A program made the translations under genes and the position numbers. A DNA stretch of 64,000 nt from assembly GCA_002269645.1 (NCBI GenBank), contig NIVC01000744.1:124001-188000 (forward strand), read 5' to 3'. This document shows, one piece after another, positions 35,601 through 47,600 of this stretch (position 1 is its first letter; each line of letters begins with the position of its first letter). The notes under the pieces were generated by a model. That model was not told where the DNA came from and made no database searches. It saw nothing but the letters and a program-made list of their open reading frames with translations. The stretch comes from Macrostomum lignano (taxonomy: Eukaryota).

Positions 35601-38600
35601 CTGCCCTGCTCTCCCTCCGCGCTGTCTGTCAGACGTTCGGCCGAAAGACAGTTAGTTTGGCAGTGAATAAGAGCGCGATTGAAATGCCTTCCTCAGACAG
35701 AGCTGGGAGGAGGTGCGCCGCTTGTGTTTAAGTTTAGTCCGCCACGCGGCTGACTCATTGTGCCGGTCCGCCAGCCAGCCACTTGCCCACTCCGAGGGCG
35801 ACATCCTCGGAGAAAGCCTGCATCGATGAAACACTGAAGAGATTTAAACAACTTTCATGCGCGCAGGGCGCGGACCGGTCGGCTGAAGACCCAGAATGCT
35901 CCCAGCCGCATAAACACTGCTATTGAATTTCCTATAGTGGCGATGGGATCGCGATAGACGGGATAAGAGGGAGCTGAAGAGGCACCCCAGTTTTGGGGAT
36001 TTGGGAAAATCCCCAGGTGTTAGTCAGAATCTCCGCCCCGCCATCACCCGCCAGTCGATCTCATGCGGTTTTAACAATCTTGTGCGATGGTGATTTGGGC
36101 GCGAACTTCGCAGCTTGCTCAAACCTCAATGCGGTTATTCAATTGGGAACTCCGAATATGGATCGATTGTCTGATTGCCCGACTGAAGACCCCCTGGCTG
36201 TCTGCCCACTTGGAATCAAGGATAACGACGCTTAGCTGAGCTCTCATTGCACCTGGCTTAATTGTTTATTCTCCTCAGGAATCTATACGCCCGTATCGAG
36301 GTCTTTTAGTGCCTGTACTAAGACGCCTAGACTAAGGAGTGACAAAGACGCCTAGGCCAAGTAGAGTGACAAAAGCCAAAGAGTGACAAAGACGCTTAAG
36401 CCAAGGACAGTGTCAAAGACGCCTATGCTAAGGAGTGACAAAGACGCCTACGCTAAGGAGTGACAAAGACGCCCAAGCCAAGGACAGTGACAAAGACGCC
36501 TATGCTAAGGAGTGACAAATACGCCTACGCTAAGGAGTGACAAAGACGCCTATGCTAAGGAGTGACAAAGACGCTTAAGCCAAGGAGAGTGACAGATGCC
36601 TAGGCTGAGTGACAAAGACGTCCAAGCCAAGGAGTGACAAAGACGCTTAAGCCAAGGAGAGTGACAGATGCCTAGGCTGAGTGACAAAGACGTCCAAGCC
36701 AAGGAGTGACAAAGACGCACAGGTCAAGAAGAGTGACAAAGACGCACAGGTCAAGAAGAGTGACAAAGACGCCTAGGCCAAGAAGTGTGACAAAGACGCC
36801 TAGGTCAAGAAGAGTGACAAAGACGCCTAGGCCAAGAAGAGTGACAAAGACGCCTAGGCCAAGAAGAGTGACAAAGACGCCTAGGTCAAGAAGAGTGACA
36901 AAGACGCCTAGGCCAAGAAGAGTGACAAAGACGCCTAGGCCAAGAAGAGTGACAAAGACGCACAGGCCAAGAAGAGTGACAAAGACGCCTAGGCCAAGAA
37001 GAGTGACAAAGACGCCTAGGCCAAGAAGAGTGACAAAGACGCCTAGGCCAAGAAGAGTGACAAAGACGCCTAGGCCAAGAAGAGTGACAAAGACGCACAG
37101 GCCAAGAAGAGTGACAAAGACGCCCAGGCCAAAGCACGCCTTTAAAGCCAGATGCGCCAGTAATGCGCCGTAGGGTACAGAAGGGTGGCTGCAGTTTTGA
37201 ACAGCCTGGAACTCATCAGATTTTCGGCCTTGTTTATCGCGCCAGCCACATTCGGCGGGCCAATTTGAGGAGCCGGACTTTGCCCCCCCCCCTTTGGAGT
37301 CATTCATTCAACGGCGCGCAGTCATTTACCAGCTCCATCGATCTCATAAATTTAAATCGGAGCCCAAAGTGCAGCCAGAGTGGCCCGGAGGCTCAGAAAC
37401 TACTCCGGCCCGACGAGGACACGGCCGGCTCGTCGCTCTTATCTGCCCGGCTCCGCCGCCTCTCGTCTCTGTCAGACGATGAAAAAACCGCTCCCTCATC
37501 TCTCAGCTGCCACTCTCGCCCTCTCGCCCATCCAGCCCCGATCCCGGCCAGGACCAGGGCGCCTGACAGGCCGAGAGCCCTCGTGCGAGTCAACCAACAA
37601 CAGGCCAATTCTGAGTTCGGTCTCTGGCCAAGCAGATGAAGCATGGATGCTGGGCAACGAGATTAAATTCGCTTTGATGCGGAGCTAAGGAATTGCTGCG
37701 TGGAAGGCTAAAGGGAAGAGGGCATGGGGGGTATTATTGAAGGCCCAGAGGTCATCATAGCCAGAATACTTTCCGGGTGTTTTGGAAGTGTGAAATTCGA
37801 ACTGAACCGAGGAGAGAGTCGGGGTCAGCGCGCCCGTTTGACGGAAGCGCGAGCTTCCGGTGCAAGCGAATTGTAGAGCAGCGCTGCTACTGGAACTTCA
37901 AAGGGGAGCCGACAGACACCACGCAAGCTCGCTGACGCCTCCGAGGCTGACATGGACGGGAGGAGGGGGGGGGGCTCGTAAAACTCTGGCTAAACAGTTT
38001 TACAATTTTGACCGTTGGCTGAAATTGAGCTCAGTCAGGGACCGTTGCGGGAGTGTGCGGCAGAGTTTTAGTGGCGCCTTCGCTATATCTCCGATAAGAT
38101 AAGATTATCGAGATAATGCTAGATAAGGGCCGGACAAGAGCCGGCTATTCTGGACCTGAGAATCCTTCTATCAGAAATTTTGCCTAAGAATTGTATCTGA
38201 AGTGCCCACTTGTAGTGCGTCTCCGCAAGGGTGCCGGGAATCGACAATAGCAGAACTCATATTTCTGTTTCTGTTTCGCGAAAAAAATTAATGCATTGTA
38301 TTGTGATGAGTCAGCGTTTTTAATCCCAGAAGCTGCCTTTCGAATTGGGATCTGGGATATTTCCTATTTTCACCATCAGGCAAAATTACTATGCATGGCA
38401 GAGACGTCAGAAAATGAGCGTCAATGCCTTGCCAGCCGGGTCACTTGGAACATGAAAGTCGCTGACGCATCGCTGACCCCTCGGAATCCTCCCGAAGACT
38501 CCCTTTGTTTATCCTGGAGAATATGAGGGCTTTCGGAGAATCGGAGGGCCAGTTGTTGTTGGCAGAAGTTTTCTTTTTGTCCCCGCGGTTTCTTAATAGA

Positions 38601-41600
38601 CCCGCAGCGCAGTGGATACGGCAGGGAGGGAGAGATGTAGATGTTGGGAGGCTGGGCGCATACCAGAGAATATTGAGACAGCGAGCCCCCCCCCCCCACG
38701 AATGCCAACTGGCAGGCAGGCAGGCAGGTTCCCCATCCACCGATTGGCTGTTCTGTAAATTGTGTTTTCTGGTCCGGCTGGCCTCTCTCTACAGCTGTCC
38801 ATGGAGATCTCGGACGCAGTGTCCGAATTGAAGGTAAAGGGCTCAGGAACAACCGCGAATAGTTTAATTTAACCTGAAATTTACGATTCACAGCTTAACT
38901 ACAGTAGGCAGCCAACCAGGACGACTTCAGGGACCAGGGAGTCGGCTGCCCCCTCCCCAGTGTCTGTGCTCTGGCACTTTTGTCCCCACCTGACAACAAA
39001 TTTTGTACCTGCTGAGGCCACGATGACAATTTCAACAAAAGACTTCATGATTACGAGCTTTTTGCTTTCGTTCAGAAAGCGGCTTCAAAAGCTGGTTTCC
39101 TATCCAGATACCTTGGTCAGAAACTCCATGACCTGCCCGCAGACTCTTCTTGCTCATTGAACGAAGCTTTGGGAGGCTCGGATTTCACGGGCCACTTGTT
39201 GCAAAAGATGGAATAAATAATAAAGGCTTCCCTTTATGATGGGAGCTGGGAGCAGCAGTTTTGGGGCGGACTGTGACAGGACTGTGCAGCCAGGTGAGGA
39301 GAGGAGGAAGAAACAGAGGTTCCTCAGCGATTGTGAGTCACCCCGACCTGAAAGGAAGAATTGATTTTTGCCTCCCTCCTCTGTTCTCAATTCCAGCTGC
39401 CCGCTCCACAGGTGAGCCGATGAAGGACGGCTGATGCGGAATGGGAATTCAATCCGTCCTGCAGCCTCTCCAAGTCCTTCAAACTCGATTTCTTCTTTCA
39501 TATTTTTGATCGAAAAATTTTTATGTTGCTCGGCTGCGCCTGCATGCTTGATTGTGAGTCCTCATCTTGCAGGTGAGAAGGTCAGGTAGAGCTGGGCTGA
39601 ACTCGGCCTCGAGTCGGGTGACCCCGCGGTGGACCTCAGCTTCGGGTTGACCGAATCAATCCTTGACCCCATGGGGTCTCAGGTAATGATTGGAGAAGCT
39701 GATAGACTATCCCAGATGTAATGACAATAGAGTAAACAATGTCTGTCATACTTGATACAATGATACACCTGCACTGTACAGACAAGGCTATAGACTCAGT
39801 GTACAGACATGGCTATAGACTCAGTGTACAGACAGGGCTATAGACTCAGTGTACAGACATGGTTATAGACTCAGTGTACAGACAGGGCTATAGACTCAGT
39901 GTACAGACAGGGCTATAGACTCAGTGTACAGACAGGGCTATAGACTCAGTGTACAGACATGGTTATAGACTCAGTGTACAGACAGGGCTATAGACTCAGT
40001 GTACAGACAGGGCTATAGACTCAGTGTACAGACAGGGCTATAGACTCAGTGTACAGACATGGTTATAGACTCAGTGTACAGACAGGGCTATAGACTCAGT
40101 GTACAGATTTGTCCATAGACTCTGTACAGGCATGGCTATAGACTCAGTGTACAGACTTGGCTAACCAAACGTAGTAGCATAAGCAAAGTTACTATTTTCC
40201 AGCATGTGAAGGCAAACTTGAACCATCAATGCAGTCCCTGAGAAAGCAATTGGTTGGACGTCATAACAAGCTTGGTGCAGTGACAGAGAATTGTGGGAAT
40301 ATGCCTATGAGCTGAAGCAGGCCTTGAGGTAGACCAGCCGTCAGGCAGTTTCACACCCCAAGTTCAACCTTGCGGGTCGGATGGAATCCGCCTGGCGCAG
40401 CCGAAGTACCGAACTTCGGCGGAATCTGAACCACCGGGGCGCGAGGCTGCTTTTTACTGCACAAGTTTTTATTGTGTCCCGATTTCCAGACACTTTTCGA
40501 ATTTCCAGTCCCGCCCTCCAGCTCAGTGGTGGTGGCATGTCTAGAAAACTTTCGGCCCACCGCATCTGATGCTTCTCATTTGGAATGGATTTGGAAAGTC
40601 AAGGTCTCACTCCATTGACTCGCCATCGAGACTGAAGCCATGAGCTCAATTTTGTATGAACTTCCCTCGCAAAGTCTCTCGGGATGTTTTGTGGAGGTGC
40701 AGATTGCGAGAATTCCGCGCACTATCTTGAGCTCCGGGCTGCGCGCCGTGACTTGAATAGCAAAGAGGGGAGGTCGCGGGACAGGCGTGCAAGAATGAAG
40801 TTCATCAGGGCTTGCGGCGATAAGAATGCAGCTCAATGAGCCTCCGAAAGCAGGCGCGTCCAGAACAGAAAAGTTTGTCCTGACAAGCAACGCAGAAGCA
40901 AATGTTGCAGATGCTTCATCCTCCAGCTTCCATACCGAGATGCGGAGATAGGCCCGATAAAGCACGGCGCCTCGGGGGGGGCGCTGCTGAGCGACCCCCT
41001 TTGAAGAATCTTGAGCCCCAATTGCAGCTTTAATAGGAACTGTGTTGGTCTGGGCGGGCTTTCATCATCCCGATCCCCGATAACCGCGGCAAAGTTTCCG
41101 GCAATCAGGGGGATTTGGAAACTGCTAGCGGACAGCGCCGCAGCACGGCAGCGGCACCAGCTGCCCTCGGGGCGTCGCTTCGATTAGAAAAGAAATTCAA
41201 TCCGCCGAGATCGGCCCCTCCCCTCCCGTCTCCCATGTCTGGCCTGAAACCGGACCCCAACTGACAGAGACATTCGTTGCCGCAGGAACTGCCGTGACCC
41301 CCCCTTCCAAGCATTGATTCCCAGGACAGAAGCTCCGCACCCAGCTAAACTTGTCTTCTTGATTTTCATTTTTCTCTTCAAGAAGACGAACAAGTGGCTG
41401 GCTGCACACGCTGCATGTTGCCTCCGCGCAACTGGAATCGGCACTAGTGCGATTCTGTTCTGCCAAAAGCCATATCAGATAGATAATACGCAGGGGTTCG
41501 GGCCTGTGTGTTTGTGAACATGTGTGAACACACTGTGACTCAGGACTGTGTCACAGGATCTCCCGGGACTCGGGGCCAAGGCTATGAGTAAAAACATGCT

Positions 41601-44600
41601 GAGTCGAAAAATACTCACTGGAATCGAACTGCACCTCCGACAGCAGCATCCACCTGCTGTCGGCGTCGAAGTGAAGCCGCAGCCTCACAAACTGGCCGAC
41701 GTGTTTCTGCAGCATCACCTGCACCCGCTGCACCGGGCTCGCCTCCGGGCTCCGCCGCATCCGGGTCGACAGCCACTTGTTGAAGTGGCGGCCGCCCACG
41801 CTGAAGCTGACGTTCACCAGGCTGAACAGCCGCGCGTTCTGGCCGAGGAAGTCGTTGCTGACGTCGATGGTCAGCTTGTTGAAGAGGCGCACCTGGTCGA
41901 ACTCGAACTCCAGGTCGACGAATCGACCGGCGGTCAACCGGCTGGCGTTCCAGCCGACGAACAGCGAGTTGGCGTCGTCGTCGACCGTCTGGGCGCTGAT
42001 GTAGTCCGTCAGCTGGCCGAGCCCGCCGGTCATGCGGCCGTCCGCGCCGATTCTGCCGTCGTAGAACTTGTCGGAGAACTCGCCATGGCCCACCGGGGCA
42101 GAGTAGGACAGCACGCCCTGATACCTGGGGCAGCCGAACAGCTCGAACTTCAGGCAGACGTTCATCTCGTTGGGGTCCGGGTTCACCGGGAAGACGCGGA
42201 CCCGGTCGGCGATGAGCGGCGGCCGGAGACTCACGTAGTTGCGCTTGTCCTTGAGGTCCCCGTTGCCCTTGATCAGCTGCGGGTGAGGAGCGATCGAGAG
42301 AAATATGAAGGCCTATTTTGGACTTATAAATATGCTTCTTGATCGTGCAGAGAGTGTCTTGGATTAGTTTCTAGAATCTCCATTGCACATCCAGACTCTT
42401 TGGAAGGTGCTTAGATCTCGGACGGGTTCTCACACTCTCGGACAGATCTCTATAATCTCGGACAGAATCCCTAGACTTTCGGACAGAATCCCTAGACTTT
42501 CGGACAGAATCCCTAAACTTTCGGACAGAATCCCTAGACTTTCGGACAGAATCCTTAGACTTTCGGACAGAATCCTTAGACTTTCGGACAGAATCCTAGA
42601 CATTCGGACACAATCTATGGAATCTTGGACGGAATCCCCAGAATCTTGCAAAGAATTCCAATTCTCGGACAGGTTTTCCAGACTCTCAGACAAGATCTTA
42701 CGAGTAGAATCTCCGACATATTCTCTAGACTTTGGACGGAATACCTAGAATCTGAGAAAAAATCTCTAGACTCTCGGACAGGTTCTCTAGACTCTTGGAA
42801 AGGTTCTCTAGACTCTCGGACAGAATCCCTAGACTCTAGGAAGGGTTCTCTAGACTCTCGGACAGACAGAAATTCATAAATCTATATGACCTAACAAGTC
42901 AATATAAGTAAATTTTAGCAAGTGAAGTTGTAAAAAATTCAGTTTCAAATTCTCAGATTGCAGCCAAAGTAAATTCACGCACTGTACCGTATTTAGTTCA
43001 GCTGTGCCAATACTTGTTCCCAGTTTTTGTCAATAAAACAGCCCAGACTATTGGCAGGGAGTTGAGGGGGGGCGGTGCTTCATAATCATTTCAGGGCCGC
43101 ACAGAAGCAATTTTACGACAATTCCAGCGTGTATGAGAGGGGGCTGGCTTTAAAAACTGGCAATTTTTCCCAAGTTACAGCCAGCCCCCTGAGCCCAGGT
43201 TTTATGATCCCAGGGTTGGGGGAAGCGGGTAGGAAATGGGGGAGCAACTTCCTCTGGGGTTCCGGGCCCGCCGGTTGCTGATAAGAAGGACAGGCGAGGA
43301 CAGGCGAGGAGATAGTCCGTCAGGGGCGGACTCGGAGCTCAGGCGAGCGGTGGGACAGGAGGCGCAAGCGAAACCCGTGGACCTGGGAAAATTGTCCCAC
43401 TTCGGGCACCTCTTCCTCTCTCTCTTCTCTCTCTCTCTCTTCCTCGGGAGATTTCGGACACGGAAAAAAGCTGCGGTTACGTCACAATGACCAGGCTCAG
43501 AAGGGAGAAGTGGACGGGGGAACGCCAAGCAGCAAGACCCCAGGGGGAGGCTGTCAAACAATTGCTTTTTTAGCTCAGCCAACGGATCCGGGTGAGTCCT
43601 GGCATTATTTATTGCTCCTTCCGAGAGGGGGTTAACAGAAGAAAGCAGGCGAACTCTGGCTTAGGGTCCCCCTGCTGTGCTTACACCTGGAGTATTATTC
43701 TCTATTTTTTCATTTACTACTATTCTTGACGTGTTTTTTGAGCCAAGATTTGCTGCGTTTGTGTTGATGGGGGCTGTGCTGACAGAGTAGGTACAGAGGT
43801 GTCAGTAGGTACCGGAGTGTCAGCAGAGGTACTGGAGTGTCAGTAGAGATACTGGAGTGTCAGTAGAGGTACTGAAGTATCAGTAGAGGTATTGGAGTGT
43901 CATTTGAGGTACTGGGGTGTCAGAAGAGGTACTGGAGTGTCAGTGGAGGTATTGGAGTGTCATTTGAGGTACTGGAGTGTCAGTGGAGGTATTGGAGTAT
44001 CATTTGAGGTACTGGAGTGTCAGTGGAGGTATTGGAGTGTCATTTGAGGTACTGGAGTGTCAGTAAAGGTATTGGAGTGTCATTTGAGGTACTGGAGTGT
44101 CAGTAGAGGTACTGGAGTGTCAGTGGAGGTACCGGAGTGTCAGAAGAGGTACTGGAGTGTCAGTAGAAGTACTACAGAGTGTCAGTAGAGGTACTGGAGT
44201 GTCAGTGGAGGTACTGGAGTGTCAGTAGAGGTACTGGAGTGTCAGTGGAGGTACCGGAGTGTCAGAAGAGGTACTGGAGTGTCAGTAGAAGTACTGGAGT
44301 GTCAGTAGAAGTACTACAGAGTGTCAGTAGAGGTACTGGAGTGTCATTAGTGCTAATAAAGCTCACCAAGTTCGAGCGCCACCTGCCGTCCTGAAAGGTG
44401 ATTAGGCTGTAGTTTTTGTAAGGCTCGGACTCGGACCGCTTGTACTGAATGACCAGCTTCTTGGTGAACTCGCCCTGAAGATTGCGGAGGTAATTTGATT
44501 TTATTTATATGGTAATTTTAAACGCTCGTAAAAATATATGGTATAGTCTTTGATTTTCATCTTTTGTTGACGCTAAATTTTGCAACAACGGTCATCAGTT

Positions 44601-47600
44601 TCCCACGTTGGATGTCAAAACTGTTGTTTCTCACATTCCGAAGCTCGCGATAAAGAATCTTAGATCCAGCCTAAGACAAAGACCGCCTGCTGAATCTTTG
44701 TTCCAGATCGGGGGAATGTTTTTTTCTTTGGCCAAGGTGCGAATTCACAGCTGGCGCCCCAACACCTGGCATCGCCTCCGACCCAATTTGCTTTTTGCCG
44801 GCGATTGCGGAACCCAGCACCCGCGGGGGGGGGGGGAGATCCGCTAGTCCACTATACAACTTCACAGTTTTTTTCATTGATCTATTTTTGGAATTTATGC
44901 AGACAACCGGAGCTGGGCTTGAGTTTTCTTTTTTGTCAGCGATCGGGGACGTTTTTCAATAGATTTGAAAGTCTCTCTTATTTTTTTAAATACTTGAATG
45001 CCTGGAAATGCCTAATAAACTGGTAAGATATTGCAGTAAGACTGGGTAGGCAAATTCCGACCCGTCAGCCGCCCTCGGGTCCTTTGAAACTTTACAATAG
45101 CAATCCGGCCTGCTCTAGGCTTGTGTCTTCTCAGCTGCCTTCTCAGGTCTCTCCTCTCTCCCCTCTTGTCTCTCCTCTCCTCTCCTCTCTCCTCTCTCCT
45201 CTTCCCTTATATTCTAGCATCGCATCTCTCATCTCGCCTCTCACCTCTCATCTCTACTGTCATCTCTCCTCTCCTCTTTCCTATTCTCTCTGCTCTATTC
45301 CCTCTTACTCTCTCATCTGGTCCGCAGCGATGAAGCTAGAAGAAGCTAGATTCTGATCTGGCCCTTGAGGTAAAAAAAGTTTCCGACCCTGCAGTAAGGG
45401 TTGGGCTTTCCCGACCTCGCTTCCAGTCCAGGGTCCTGGGAGTCCCTGAACTGCACAGAAGCACTCAATCAAGCCCAAAAAAATTATTCCACTGATTCAC
45501 CTGTCGAAATGGCACGTGAATATTTTATTGAGCAATGCTACAGAAGACCTGTTATCAGTGATGAATCTCAACCAGGACTCCCACAGGCAAGCCCTGCGCC
45601 GTCATGGAGACACGTGGCCCGTCTCAGCAGCTTCTGATCCCATCTGACCGATCCATCCGTGAGGCTCAAAAATTTAACAACGCAACTTAATAAAAAAATT
45701 TTTACATCCGCATTCTAAATTGCGTATAGAAGCCACCGCTTGCTTGGCTGCGAGGCTGGGCTGCCTTGGCCATATCGCGGTATCATCAGTTTTTTATTAA
45801 TAACTGCGATGGGGCTGCGTCCAAATGTCAGCCACGCTGGGAGGTGCTGGACCGCCTGGCGCCGGCACCACCCCGCCATCAACTGCCCCCTCATCTCTTC
45901 ATCTCTGCCAGTCTCTCACCCTCTCTGCCAGTCTCTCACCCTCTCTGCCAGTCTCTCACCCTCTCTGCCAGTCTCTCACCCTCTCTGCCAGTCTCTCACC
46001 CTCTCAGCCAGTCTCTCAACCTCTCTGCCAGTCTCTCACCCTCTCTGCCAGTCTCTCAAACCTCTCTGCCAGTCTCTCAACCTCTCTGCCAGTCTCTCAA
46101 CCTCTCTGCCAGTCTCTCACAACCTCTCTGCCAGTCTCTCACCCTCTCTGCCAGTCTCTCAAACCTCTCTGCCAGTCTCTCACCCTCTCTGCCAGTCTCT
46201 CACCCTCTCTGCCAGTCTCTCACAACCTCTCTGCCAGTCTCTCACCCTCTCTGCCAGTCTCTCAAACCTCTCTGCCAGTCTCTCACCCTCTCTGCCAGTC
46301 TCTCACCCTCTCTGCCAGTCTCTCACCCTCTCTGCCAGTCTCTCACCCTCTCTGCCAGTCTCTCACCCTCTCTGCCAGTCTCTCACCCTCTCTGCCAGTC
46401 TCTCACCCTCTCTGCCAGTCTCTCACCCTCTCTGCCAGTCTCTCACAACCTCTCTGCCAGTCTCTCACCCTCTCTGCCAGTCTCTCAAACCTCTCTGCCA
46501 GTCTCTCACCCTCTCTGCCAGTCTCTCACCCTCTCTGCCAGTCTCTCACCCTCTCTGCCAGTCTCTCAAACCTCTCTGCCAGTCTCTCAAACCTCTCTGC
46601 CAGTCTCTCACCCTCTCTGCCAGTCTCTCACCCTCTCTGCCGGTCTCTCAACCTCTCTGCCAGTCTCTCACCCTCTCTGCCAGTCTCTCACAACCTCTCT
46701 GCCAGTCTGTCACCCTCTCTGCCAGTCTCTCACCCTCTCTGCCAGTCTCTCACCCTCTCTGCCAGTCTCTCACCCTCTCTGCCAGTCTCTCACCCTCTCT
46801 GCCAGTCTCTCACCCTCTCTGCCAGTCTCTCACCCTCTCTGCCAGTCTCTCACAACCTCTCTGCCAGTCTGTCACCCTCTCTGCCAGTCTCTCACCCTCT
46901 CTGCCAGTCTCTCACCCTCTCTGCCAGTCTCTCACCCTCTCTGCCAGTCTCTCACCCTCTCTGCCAGTCTCTCACCCTCTCTGCCAGTCTCTCACCCTCT
47001 CTGCCAGTCTCTCACCCTCTCTGCCAGTCTCTCACCCTCTCTGCCAGTCTCTCACCCTCTCTGCCAGTCTCTCAAACCTCTCTGCCAGTCTCTCAAACCT
47101 CTCTGCCAGTCTCTCACCCTCTCTGCCAGTCTCTCACCCTCTCTGCCGGTCTCTCAACCTCTCTGCCAGTCTCTCACCCTCTCTGCCAGTCTCTCACAAC
47201 CTCTCTGCCAGTCTCTCACCCTCTCTGCCAGTCTCTCAAACCTCTCTGCCAGTCTCTCAACCTCTCTGCCAGTCTCTCACCTCTCTGCCAGTCTCTCACC
47301 CTCTCTGCCAGTCTCTCAAACCTCTCTGCCAGTCTCTCACCCTCTCTGCCAGTCTCTCACCCTCTCTGCCGGTCTCTCACCCTCTCTGCCAGTCTCTCAC
47401 AACCTCTCTGCCAGTCTGTCACCCTCTCTGCCAGTCTCTCACCCTCTCTGCCAGTCTCTCACAACCTCTCTGCCAGTCTGTCACCCTCTCTGCCAGTCTG
47501 TCACCCTCTCTGCCAGTCTGTCACCCTCTCTGCCAGTCTCTCAAACCTCTCTGCCAGTCTCTCACAACCTCTCTGCCAGTCTGTCACCCTCTCTGCCAGT

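Noticed and set aside
36672-37307. Histone-H1-like VTKTPRPRR ORF and its hydrophobic antisense ORF
   Set aside because: A 27-bp array read in frame, with no splice support.
37842-37859. Perfect 7-bp hairpin with a GCGA loop
   Set aside because: An isolated small hairpin is expected by chance in 64 kb, and the GNRA loop is on the non-transcribed strand.
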